Source: Thermoplasmata archaeon | GTDB taxonomy: Archaea > Thermoplasmatota > Thermoplasmata > RBG-16-68-12 > SOIM01 | NCBI GenBank assembly: GCA_023140195.1 | Contig: JAGLME010000001.1 | Location: forward strand, 193,146 to 257,145 | Direction: 5' to 3' | Length of the DNA stretch: 64,000 nucleotides | In this document: one piece after another, positions 8,855 to 17,502 of the stretch | Numbering within the stretch: position 1 is the stretch's first letter | Layout: every line of letters begins with the position of its first letter | The notes under the pieces: model-generated | The model's input: the letters and a program-made list of their open reading frames with translations, nothing else | Database searches by the model: none | Told to the model about the DNA's origin: nothing | Position numbers and translations under genes: made by a program

Positions 8855-10141
8855 GTGGTGAGAGCTGAGATCGACGCCGAGTTCCTGGGTAGCGGTCCCG
8901 GGAGGTTCAATTCACTGGTCGTCTCCGACATAGACGAGGACGACAACATCGAGATAGTCCTGGGCAACTACGAGGGTCACATCAACATAATCGAGTACAG
9001 GGACGGCGAGTACATCGAGGAGTGGAGGAGCGAGAAGCTTGGTACAAGACTCTGGGGCATAATGGTGGCCGATCTGGACGGGGACGGGAACAACGAGATT
9101 ATAGCAGGCACCGGAGAGGGCGAGGTCTTCATCTACGATGCCAAGACCCACGAGAGGAAATGGAAGAGTCCCGAACTGATCAGAGACGCTCATGGATTCG
9201 CCGTCGGGGACGTGGACGCGGACGGGCAGAACGAGTTGATAATCGGCACCGGATACAAGACCGACACTCCCTGGGGCACGGTATACATCTACAATGGAGT
9301 GAACCTGACACTGGAGGCCAAGATCGAAGAGCTGGGTTCGCGGATAAGGGCCATATCCGTCCACGATGTAGACGGCGACGGGGTCAACGAGCTCGTATTC
9401 GGCACCGGTCATGCTCTCGGAGAGACGCCCGGGGAGGGTTACATTCACATTTACCAGTATGATGGCCAACGATACGTGAGGGAGTGGAAGAGCCCTGACC
9501 TCAACGGCGATCCAGAAGGAATGCTCATCAAGGATGTGGACGGGGACGGCAACCTCGAGATCGTGGCAAGCAACGGGTACAGATACTTCCCCGGGTTCCT
9601 TTACATATTCAGATACTCAGGCGGTCTGGGTGTGGGCGAACCTGACATATACGAGATGGTGCTGGAGAGCGACGACATCGGACCCAAGGCGTATGGTCTG
9701 GATGCCGCGGACATCGATGGCGACGGCATAATCGAGATAGTCGTCGGCAACCAGCCGGGGTACATCTGGGTGTTCGACGGAAGCACCCACGAGGTCGAAT
9801 GGAAGAGCGATTTATTGGGCACCGACATCTTCGGGATTAAGTTGTATGACATCGACCGGGACGGACAGATGGAGATAATCGCCACTCAAGGCGGGTATCA
9901 GGGAAAGGCTGACTTCACCAGCGCCTACACAACCCCACACATTTTCATCATTGATGGCAAGACCCATACGATCGAGGAGACCATTGGAGAACCGGACTAC
10001 TTAGCTTTTGCATTCCAGATCGTCATCGTCACTCTCGTGATCGTCTTCCTTGTCCTGTTGAACATCATCGTCAGAAAGAAGAAGGTGCAGAAGGTCACGA
10101 CAGAGCAGCCAAAGGAGGTGGTGGCGTCATCGGAGAGCTGA
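8855..10141 (+). CDS. FG-GAP/integrin-alpha-like beta-propeller protein with Ca-binding DxDxDG loops and C-terminal TM anchor
   Basis: DxDGDGxxE motifs recur (DLDGDGNNEII, DVDADGQNELI, DVDGDGVNELV, DVDGDGNLEIV, DIDGDGIIEIV, DIDRDGQMEII). A C-terminal TM and KKK tail are present. The hydrophobic signal-like segment (KISRVGVSFVLAFILLTSSAIV) is in frame upstream back to 8783 but has no ATG, GTG or TTG, so the true start is probably noncanonical. Confidence 0.55.
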   Translation: MVRAEIDAEFLGSGPGRFNSLVVSDIDEDDNIEIVLGNYEGHINIIEYRDGEYIEEWRSEKLGTRLWGIMVADLDGDGNNEIIAGTGEGEVFIYDAKTHERKWKSPELIRDAHGFAVGDVDADGQNELIIGTGYKTDTPWGTVYIYNGVNLTLEAKIEELGSRIRAISVHDVDGDGVNELVFGTGHALGETPGEGYIHIYQYDGQRYVREWKSPDLNGDPEGMLIKDVDGDGNLEIVASNGYRYFPGFLYIFRYSGGLGVGEPDIYEMVLESDDIGPKAYGLDAADIDGDGIIEIVVGNQPGYIWVFDGSTHEVEWKSDLLGTDIFGIKLYDIDRDGQMEIIATQGGYQGKADFTSAYTTPHIFIIDGKTHTIEETIGEPDYLAFAFQIVIVTLVIVFLVLLNIIVRKKKVQKVTTEQPKEVVASSES

Positions 10142-10194
10142 TTGCCGCCGCAGGCGTCGGTCTTTCGTTCGGCGGTGCCTGGCTTTGCGCCCTG

Positions 10195-10815
10195 GTGTCA
10201 TTCGGGGTCACATCAGAGGACAAGGTACGGGGGATGTACTTCATTCTCGGGAGGATTATTGGCTTGGTGTTCCTGGGACTTGCTATTGCGACCTTCAGCT
10301 TCTTTGCCGACCTTCCACCGCTCTATTTCGTTGTGGCTTTCGGCATCCTATCCATTCTCTTCGGTGTCATTGTCATCTCACAAGTGACTGGGTTCTCGGA
10401 ACGATTTGCGGGGATTTGGCCCTGGAAGAAATCCAGTGAAACAGGGAATCCAGGCAAGCACCACGGGAAGAAGCACTTCAAGAAAGCTCTCAGGGAAGGG
10501 GCTAAGGCCAGGAAGTTCAAGAACAGCTACGTATTCGGCCTGGGCGTCGCGAGAGGCGCCACCCCTTGTCTCAAGATATTGATACTGGTCCCGCTGCTGG
10601 TGGCTGTGGACATCTATCTGGCGCTTGCTATCATACTCGTCTATGCTCTCACTTCCACAATCTATCCAATCATCGGATTCCTGTCAGGCAGTCTCCTTCA
10701 ATCGGTGGAGAAACAAGCACTGTATGTCAAGGTTGGAGCTGCCCTGGTTCTGGTTGCCGTCGGTGTCTACTCGATCATAAACGTCCTCACTCAGTCGCAC
10801 ACAGGAGGAGGCTGA
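10195..10815 (+). CDS. DsbD/CcdA-superfamily-like polytopic membrane protein (transmembrane thiol-disulfide/electron transfer family), start uncertain
   Basis: There are six or more predicted TM helices. A GATPCLKILILVPLL motif resembles the CcdA TPC...P motif. A second Cys-containing helix (GVGLSFGGAWLCALVSFGV) lies in frame upstream of the first canonical start (10141-10194), which implies a noncanonical start. Confidence 0.35.
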   Translation: MSFGVTSEDKVRGMYFILGRIIGLVFLGLAIATFSFFADLPPLYFVVAFGILSILFGVIVISQVTGFSERFAGIWPWKKSSETGNPGKHHGKKHFKKALREGAKARKFKNSYVFGLGVARGATPCLKILILVPLLVAVDIYLALAIILVYALTSTIYPIIGFLSGSLLQSVEKQALYVKVGAALVLVAVGVYSIINVLTQSHTGGG

Positions 10816-10816
10816 G

Positions 10817-11779
10817 ATGGGGAAGTTCTGGCAGCGCATCAGCACACCACGACTGATCGCACAATTCGGATGGCTTGTCTTCGCCAACGCCTTGCTTTTC
10901 GGTGTCCCCTCCTTTGGTACCATTGCGTGGACGAGGAACATCTACTTCCCTGATGCCACGACCAAGTTCCTACAGAACGCCCCCACATACTCAATCGTCT
11001 ACAAGCTGCAGGATACACTCGAGGGCGGGTTCATTACGTACTACATGGACCTGGTGATACCTCTTCTCATATTCGTGGTGCTGATCCTCTTGTTGGGCAG
11101 ATTCTGGTGTGCATGGCTGTGCCCTCTGGGACTTCCCCAGGACCTGCTCACCAGATTGAGGAGATGGCTCGGCTGGAAGAGGGTCGAGCTCCCCCCGAAG
11201 TGGTCGGTCGCTCTGCACCAGATGAAGTACTTGGGTCTGTTCCTGGTCATCTTCTACACCCTTTCGCTGGGCTTCCCAGGACTGGGCCTCCCGGGTTTCC
11301 GAACTTCGCTGGCCATACCGTACGAGCAGCTCGATCCGAACCGGGCGATGTACGTCTATCCACAGATCGCATTGGGGCTACTGCCGCCCAACACCATCGT
11401 CCCTATCCTGTCTTTGCTCACTTTCGGGTTCTTCCTGATGACGTGCTTCCCCATCCGGAGGTTCTGGTGCCACATCTGTCCTGCCGGCGCTATGATGGCC
11501 CCCTTCAACAAGTATGCATCCATACATCTGAAGAAGGACAACTCCAAGTGCACGCACTGTGGCATATGTGCGAGGGTCTGCCCAATGGAGATCAGGAAGG
11601 TGTGGACTGAAAGGGAGAAGGAGAACGTGACCGTCTCGGAATGCGTTCACTGCTATAGATGTGTGGAGGAGTGTCCTGAAGATGGATGCCTGGGCGTGTC
11701 GGTCATGGGCAAGGTCGTTCTAGAATCCAAATCACCAAATAGTGAGTTGACGAATACGAAGGAAGGTGTCGCCACTTGA
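10817..11779 (+). CDS. NapH/MauN/CcoG-type membrane-bound polyferredoxin
   Basis: It carries two GRFWCxWLCPxG / RRFWCHICPAG motifs that are diagnostic of the NapH/MauN/FixG family. Two C-terminal 4Fe-4S CxxCxxCxxxCP motifs follow (CTHCGICARVCP, CVHCYRCVEECP). Confidence 0.65.
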   Translation: MGKFWQRISTPRLIAQFGWLVFANALLFGVPSFGTIAWTRNIYFPDATTKFLQNAPTYSIVYKLQDTLEGGFITYYMDLVIPLLIFVVLILLLGRFWCAWLCPLGLPQDLLTRLRRWLGWKRVELPPKWSVALHQMKYLGLFLVIFYTLSLGFPGLGLPGFRTSLAIPYEQLDPNRAMYVYPQIALGLLPPNTIVPILSLLTFGFFLMTCFPIRRFWCHICPAGAMMAPFNKYASIHLKKDNSKCTHCGICARVCPMEIRKVWTEREKENVTVSECVHCYRCVEECPEDGCLGVSVMGKVVLESKSPNSELTNTKEGVAT

Positions 11780-13146
11780 AGATCTTCGGCAGGAGGAAGT
11801 CGGAACCAGAAGCAGTCGATAATGCCGGGTCAGTCGCCGTTGAACGAAGGTACGTTCCGGTCAAGGTCAAGGAAAGGATGACCGGCCGTCGGGACAAGGT
11901 CGTGAGAGAAGCCAAGGAGAAGATACGGGTCGAGACCGAGAAGATCAGGGCCATTCCCAACAACCCGGAGTCGTTGGACCATTTCCTGGAGATCGGAGAT
12001 TACTTCGGCAAGAGGTCGGAGGAGATAATCGGTTTCAAGAACAAGGGCGGGAAGGTCGTGGGGACGTTCTGCGAGTTCGTTCCCAAGGAGATCATCCATG
12101 CCGCTGGGGCCATACCAATACAGCTTTCATGCGGGTTCTCGGAAGCCATCCAGCCAGCGAACGACCTGCTTTCGGATGCCGGTCTGTGCCCTCTCATGCG
12201 ATCCTCGCTGGGGACCATGATGACTGGAAGTTCAACATACTATGAAGCAAGTGACATGATGGTCAACCCCACACCGTGCGATGCCAAACTGAAGATGGGT
12301 GAGATTATTCAGGACCTTGTACCAGTTGTCACCATGAATGTTCCCCGGATCAAGGACAGTTTCTCTGCAAGGAAGCAGTGGATCCAGGAGGTCTGGAACC
12401 TCAAGGAGAGGGTGGAGGAGCTGGTCGGTAAGAAGATATCGAAGAAGGCGCTTCGAGAATCCATCGAGACGTATCAAGCGGCTCAGAACGCCTGGCGGAA
12501 GTTCTGGGACGTCAGGAAGAGGGGGAACGTGATCTGGGGCAGGCAAGCGCTGCTCGTATCGTGGCTCACCTACATCGATGACATCAAGAGATGGACCAAG
12601 AACATCAACAAGCTCAATGCGGAGCTGGAGACCAGGGTGAAAGAGAAGAACTTCGTTTGCGGGGATGACACACCCAGGGTCATGCTAGCCGGTTCGCCGA
12701 TCATTTGGCCCAACTGGAAGATACTCAACCTCATAGAGGAATCTGGCGCGTACATCGCGTGTGACGAGCTTTGTTCTGGGATGAGAGTGCTCTGGGACCA
12801 CACCGTCGTTGACGAGTGGACCCAGAAGGGAATGATGGACGCCATCGCTGACAAGTATTTCCTACCCTGCACGTGCCCTTGCTTCAGCCCAAACCTGGAA
12901 AGGGAAACGAACATGTTGCGGAGGATCAAGGAATACAAGATCGATGGTGTGGTCTTCCACGTCCTCAAGGGATGCCACCTGAACAGCATGGATGCGGCTA
13001 AGACCTCAGTCTTCCTGAAGAAGAATGACATTCCAATGTTGAAGATCGAGAGCGAGTATGACGAGGGCGACAGGGAGCAGCTCAGGATAAGGATCGAAGC
13101 CTTCTTGGAGATAATACAGACCAGGAAGGAGGATCTGCCGTTCTAG
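11776..13146 (+). CDS. 2-hydroxyacyl-CoA dehydratase / benzoyl-CoA reductase BcrC-BadD (HGD-D, PF06050) family protein
   Basis: The length and conserved Cys pattern fit the family (FCEF, LCPLM, PTPCDAK, IACDELCSG, LPCTCPC, GCHLNS), as does overall similarity to HgdB/BcrB-type iron-sulfur subunits. No cognate activator ATPase is seen. A TTG start overlaps the upstream stop; an alternative ATG lies at 11878. Confidence 0.5.
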   Translation: MKIFGRRKSEPEAVDNAGSVAVERRYVPVKVKERMTGRRDKVVREAKEKIRVETEKIRAIPNNPESLDHFLEIGDYFGKRSEEIIGFKNKGGKVVGTFCEFVPKEIIHAAGAIPIQLSCGFSEAIQPANDLLSDAGLCPLMRSSLGTMMTGSSTYYEASDMMVNPTPCDAKLKMGEIIQDLVPVVTMNVPRIKDSFSARKQWIQEVWNLKERVEELVGKKISKKALRESIETYQAAQNAWRKFWDVRKRGNVIWGRQALLVSWLTYIDDIKRWTKNINKLNAELETRVKEKNFVCGDDTPRVMLAGSPIIWPNWKILNLIEESGAYIACDELCSGMRVLWDHTVVDEWTQKGMMDAIADKYFLPCTCPCFSPNLERETNMLRRIKEYKIDGVVFHVLKGCHLNSMDAAKTSVFLKKNDIPMLKIESEYDEGDREQLRIRIEAFLEIIQTRKEDLPF

Positions 13147-13181
13147 TTCTGCAGTGGCGTTGTTGAAGCGGATGGTAGTCC

Positions 13182-13340
13182 ATGAAACATATGCGCAGAA
13201 GGGTCATTGAGATTGAGGAGCAAGAAGGCAATAAGGTCAAGTGCCCACTCTGCGGATTCCGATGCAGGTATTGCCCTCTGGCATCATTATCTACATGTGG
13301 TAGGCTTGAAAGGCGGTTGGAGTCTGGCGAATGGTCGTGA
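13182..13340 (+). CDS. possible 52-aa Cys-rich mini-protein (CPLCGFRCRYC)
   Basis: It is below the ORF-track size cutoff, with the four-Cys motif CxxCxxxCxxC. It lies directly after the HGD-D family gene, and there is no other support. Confidence 0.2.
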   Translation: MKHMRRRVIEIEEQEGNKVKCPLCGFRCRYCPLASLSTCGRLERRLESGEWS

Positions 13341-13446
13341 TCCGGATTGTGCGTGCGTGGCGCGTCACGTTTTTATAGTTCACAGACCATTTTTGGACAG
13401 TATTGCTGAACGGTGGGCAGAAGATGATCAGAAGTTGTGAGGATAC

Positions 13447-16400
13447 TTGGTGGTTACTATGACTAGTGCAAATAGACATGGCGTTTCTAAGATGTGGGCT
13501 CTTGCTGTTGTCATCGCTCTTCTTGCTTCATCTCTAATTGCTCTGTGGATGACAAGCCCACAGGGAGATGCTGGGCTTGGTGCGACCGCGTTCCCTGACG
13601 AGCCAGGAACTCACCCTCTCGGGAGCAGTGGAGACGATCCTAGACCTACCGGAACCACACTGTTCCCGTGGCCCATGCAGCTTCATGACGAACTGCACAG
13701 GTCGTACACTTCCGCTCCCGCTCCAGATTCCAGCGCCGTCCTGTGGTCCAACGCCACTGGCCCGTCCACGTATGGGTCACCCTCCGTTGCCGATGGAAAG
13801 GTGTTCATCGGCGCTCGGACACCTATTGGAGACCGCATGTTTGCCTTCCACCAGGACAATGGGACCCAGGCCTGGAGCACACCGACCGTTCAACCTGTTT
13901 CGGGTGGGTTAGGTGTGACCTCATCACCGGCATACTCCGACGGGTTAGTCGTCTTCGGCGGTGACCGGATATACTGCCTTTGGGCAAGCAACGGGACCGT
14001 CAAGTGGACCGTGAACACCGGTAATAGGAACTGGGGAGACGGGACTCCCACGATCGCTGATGGCAAGGTCTTCATTGGGGGATCCGATAGGAAGCTCTAC
14101 GCAATCGACTTGGATACTGGCACCGTCCTTTGGACACACCAGACTCTCTCAATACTGGGCACCAATTATGGTCTGTATTCCGCGCCCGCAATCTATAACG
14201 GCCACGCTTATCTTCCGGCATGTGACGGCTGGGTGTATCAGATATTGATAGACCAGCCTGGGCCTATCGCAGTTGTGAACCACTCTTATAACACTGGATC
14301 CTCAATGTATGGGTCACCGGTGATTTTCGACAACAAGGTGTACATCGGTAACGGCTACACTTTCAACAACGTCAACAACCGCTTCTATGCGTTGGATGCA
14401 ACCGACCTGAGCTTGGTGTGGGAGTTCTACCCTGGGTCAGGAACGAGCTTCTTGGGGTCGGCAGCGATTGCATACGACAAACTCTTTGTAGGGTCGGTGG
14501 ACGGTAACCTCTACGTTCTCGATCCGTACGGTGGTGGGGGTTCCACGACGATTATCTGGCAATACTCAATCGGGCAGACATGGTCATCTCCAGCAGTCTC
14601 CTCGGGCAAGGTATTCATAGGGTCCAAGTCAAACTTCCTCTACGCCTTTGATGTCAATCAGACAGGACCACCGACATATCTGTGGAGATACAACACCAAC
14701 GGAAATGTGGACTCCTCTCCGGCTATTGCCGACGGCGTGCTCTTCATAGGCAGCCATGGAAACGGCGGGATGATCTATGCCTTCGGACAAGGAGGCGATG
14801 TTATCTCTCCATTCCCGATCTCGGTATCTCCCACTGGAACTGGCGTTCCTGTGAACACGGACATTGTGGTGGTGTGGAGCGAGGTTATGGATTGGACCTC
14901 GGTGGAGGCGTCCTTCAGCTACACTGATATGTCGACCATTTGGACATCTGCTGACGGGACTTTCAATCATTATCCAGTGAACCGAACGTCTATATTCAAT
15001 CCATTTGTGGATCTGGATTTCTCGACAACATACTGGGTAACATTCAGTTCCGTTGCCATAGATCTAGCTGGTAATCCTCTTGACGGTGACGGCAACGGTG
15101 CTGGTGGCGATGATCTCGTTTGGTCCTTTGACACCGTCATTGACAATTCTCCATCCCTGAACCTGTGGGAGCCCGGATCAACGTCTGGACAAAGCTACAC
15201 GGTTGGCACAATGGTCCTGATCGTCTGGGAGGCAAGCGACGACGCATCTTGGCCCAATGGTGGGAACGTAATCAACCTCACTTATGGTGTCAGTCCGTTC
15301 GGTGGGACCACGATATCTCAGTATGAACTTGAAGATGGGAGTTTCAACTGGGATACGACCGGTGAACCACTCGGAACGTACTACGTCAATGTCACCGCTT
15401 ACGATTCACTCGGACAGGTCTCCGGGAGTTACAGCAACTTCTCCTTTGACATCGTCGCGATACCTGATTCGCCCCCGACCGTCAGCCTCACCGCTCCTGT
15501 TGGGGGCTTGAGCTGGTCCGGCGGGACATCGATTAACATTGACTGGACCATGTCGGATGACATTACGCTGGTGCAGAATCTGAACGTTTATCTCAATTAC
15601 TCTTCGTCAAGCGGTTCGGGTCCGATTGCCGGCCCTTTGACGGGCCTTTCTTCACCATCCAGCTATCCTTGGGCTCTTCCACTTCTCGACGCCACTGATG
15701 TCGTCGTTCTGATTGATGTCATTGACGAGTCCGGCAATGTGGGATTCGATTCGAGCGCACAGTTCGAGGTCGATTCCACACCTCCCATCCTGGATTCACA
15801 TTCTCCGTGGATCGACGAGACGAACGTTGCCACGAACGCCAACATAAACATCGAATGGCGCGAGGGAATGAACGCAGCCGCGACCGAAGCTTCGTTCTCA
15901 CTTCAAGATAACGCAACATGGACACTTGTGTCCGCTGTGTTCTCGTGGGGTGGGCCGAACATAACGATGTCCTTCAACCCCGATGCAGACCTTGCTCCCA
16001 ACAGCTGGTACACGGCGAACTTCACGACAGCCGCCAAGGACGACTCACAACCCGGGAACAACCTGGCATTCTACTCGTGGAGCTTCCTGACCGCCGCAGT
16101 TCCAGATTCTCTGCCACCTGAGATTACCAATATCCAGGCATCACCGAGTCCCCAAGAGGTCTTCTTCCCGGTTTGGATCAACGCTTCCATCACCGATCTC
16201 TACGGGATTGCAGAGGCACACGTCGAGGTGTTTGACCCATCACTGGCCCTCATCGGCAATTTCACCATGCAATACGACAGCGGCAATGACTACTTCTTCG
16301 CTCGAAACTACGACATGCTTGGAGTCCACAACTGCACGATATCATCAATGGACAATAACGGAAACTGGGCCCAGACCAGTTCTGGCTGTTCGTTCGAAAT

Positions 16401-17478
16401 GGCCGACAATACTGCGCCTCAAATATCCAATATCCTGAAGGTTCCCAGCCCGGTGGAGATCTTCAACATCATCAACATATCGGCTTCTGTAACTGACAAC
16501 TACGCTGTTCTCTCAGTGAACCTTGACATTGTCGCGGTGGATAATTTCATCATGACCATTGATCCGGGAAGCGGACGGTACTACCACGAGCACGAGTGCC
16601 AGATGCTGGGTCCGCACGATTTCACGATAACGGCATCGGACACATCAGGGAACTTGGCATCCGAGCAGGGGCAGTTCTACGCCATGGATACTGAGCCTCC
16701 GCAGATAGTACACACTCCGCCTTCTCGGGTAGAGGTCGGCTCCACGATAGACTTCCAGGCTACTGTGACGGATAACTACATGGTCGACAGCGTCTGGCTG
16801 AACTACACCGACGCTTCCAGCATTCATTTCAATGTCTCGATGACATCCCTTCCGGGGAACGTCTACCAACTCACTCTTCCAGTTCAGAACCAAGCTGGAC
16901 AGGTGGTTTACCACATTTATGCCAAGGACCTTGCCACCAACGGCGCTGTCACAGCGGTTCTTCAAGTATCGGTTGTTGACACCACTGATGATCTAGCTCC
17001 AATGCCTCCGTGGGGGTTGGTAGCAGAAGAAGGTCCCAATGGGGTTATTACCGTCCTGAGTTGGAGCAAGCCTGTTCTTAACGAGGATATGACCCTTTTG
17101 GATGATCTTGCTGGTTATCACGTATATCGGTCGGAGTCCGAAACAGGTCAGAAGACCCGGATCAACCCGGTCCTCGTGGAGACCACGGCCTTCATCGATG
17201 ATGACATCGAGAACGGAAAGACATACTATTACTGGGTCACGGCCATAGATGAATCCGCTAACGAGTCGGATTTCTCCACCCCTGCGGACATCTCATTTGG
17301 TTCAGAGGCAACTGGCGTTTCGTATGACATAATCCTGATACTCCTGGCCATCATAATCACCGTGGTCCTGTTGATCGCTGTTCTCCTCTGGCGAAAGAAG
17401 AAGGGTGAAGCCTCCGAAGAGCAGCAAGTGGAGGATAACGAAGAACCGACGTTCGAAGAGGAGACGGAACTCGAATAG
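13447..17478 (+). CDS. giant cell-surface protein: signal/TM, PQQ beta-propeller, tandem Ig-like repeats, FN3 domain, C-terminal TM anchor
   Basis: It has an N-terminal hydrophobic segment (MWALAVVIALLASSLIALW). PQQ/BamB-like repeats span aa ~90-450. Three ~100-aa internal repeats start PPEITNIQASPSPQEVFF / APQISNILKVPSPVEIFN / PPQIVHTPPSRVEVGS, each with a TD(L/N)Y core. A C-terminal FN3-like domain (YHVYRSE...YYYWVTAIDESANES) precedes a TM helix and an acidic tail. Confidence 0.6.
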   Translation: MVVTMTSANRHGVSKMWALAVVIALLASSLIALWMTSPQGDAGLGATAFPDEPGTHPLGSSGDDPRPTGTTLFPWPMQLHDELHRSYTSAPAPDSSAVLWSNATGPSTYGSPSVADGKVFIGARTPIGDRMFAFHQDNGTQAWSTPTVQPVSGGLGVTSSPAYSDGLVVFGGDRIYCLWASNGTVKWTVNTGNRNWGDGTPTIADGKVFIGGSDRKLYAIDLDTGTVLWTHQTLSILGTNYGLYSAPAIYNGHAYLPACDGWVYQILIDQPGPIAVVNHSYNTGSSMYGSPVIFDNKVYIGNGYTFNNVNNRFYALDATDLSLVWEFYPGSGTSFLGSAAIAYDKLFVGSVDGNLYVLDPYGGGGSTTIIWQYSIGQTWSSPAVSSGKVFIGSKSNFLYAFDVNQTGPPTYLWRYNTNGNVDSSPAIADGVLFIGSHGNGGMIYAFGQGGDVISPFPISVSPTGTGVPVNTDIVVVWSEVMDWTSVEASFSYTDMSTIWTSADGTFNHYPVNRTSIFNPFVDLDFSTTYWVTFSSVAIDLAGNPLDGDGNGAGGDDLVWSFDTVIDNSPSLNLWEPGSTSGQSYTVGTMVLIVWEASDDASWPNGGNVINLTYGVSPFGGTTISQYELEDGSFNWDTTGEPLGTYYVNVTAYDSLGQVSGSYSNFSFDIVAIPDSPPTVSLTAPVGGLSWSGGTSINIDWTMSDDITLVQNLNVYLNYSSSSGSGPIAGPLTGLSSPSSYPWALPLLDATDVVVLIDVIDESGNVGFDSSAQFEVDSTPPILDSHSPWIDETNVATNANINIEWREGMNAAATEASFSLQDNATWTLVSAVFSWGGPNITMSFNPDADLAPNSWYTANFTTAAKDDSQPGNNLAFYSWSFLTAAVPDSLPPEITNIQASPSPQEVFFPVWINASITDLYGIAEAHVEVFDPSLALIGNFTMQYDSGNDYFFARNYDMLGVHNCTISSMDNNGNWAQTSSGCSFEMADNTAPQISNILKVPSPVEIFNIINISASVTDNYAVLSVNLDIVAVDNFIMTIDPGSGRYYHEHECQMLGPHDFTITASDTSGNLASEQGQFYAMDTEPPQIVHTPPSRVEVGSTIDFQATVTDNYMVDSVWLNYTDASSIHFNVSMTSLPGNVYQLTLPVQNQAGQVVYHIYAKDLATNGAVTAVLQVSVVDTTDDLAPMPPWGLVAEEGPNGVITVLSWSKPVLNEDMTLLDDLAGYHVYRSESETGQKTRINPVLVETTAFIDDDIENGKTYYYWVTAIDESANESDFSTPADISFGSEATGVSYDIILILLAIIITVVLLIAVLLWRKKKGEASEEQQVEDNEEPTFEEETELE

Positions 17479-17502
17479 TTCTTAAGAAACGATCCGCATT
17501 CC

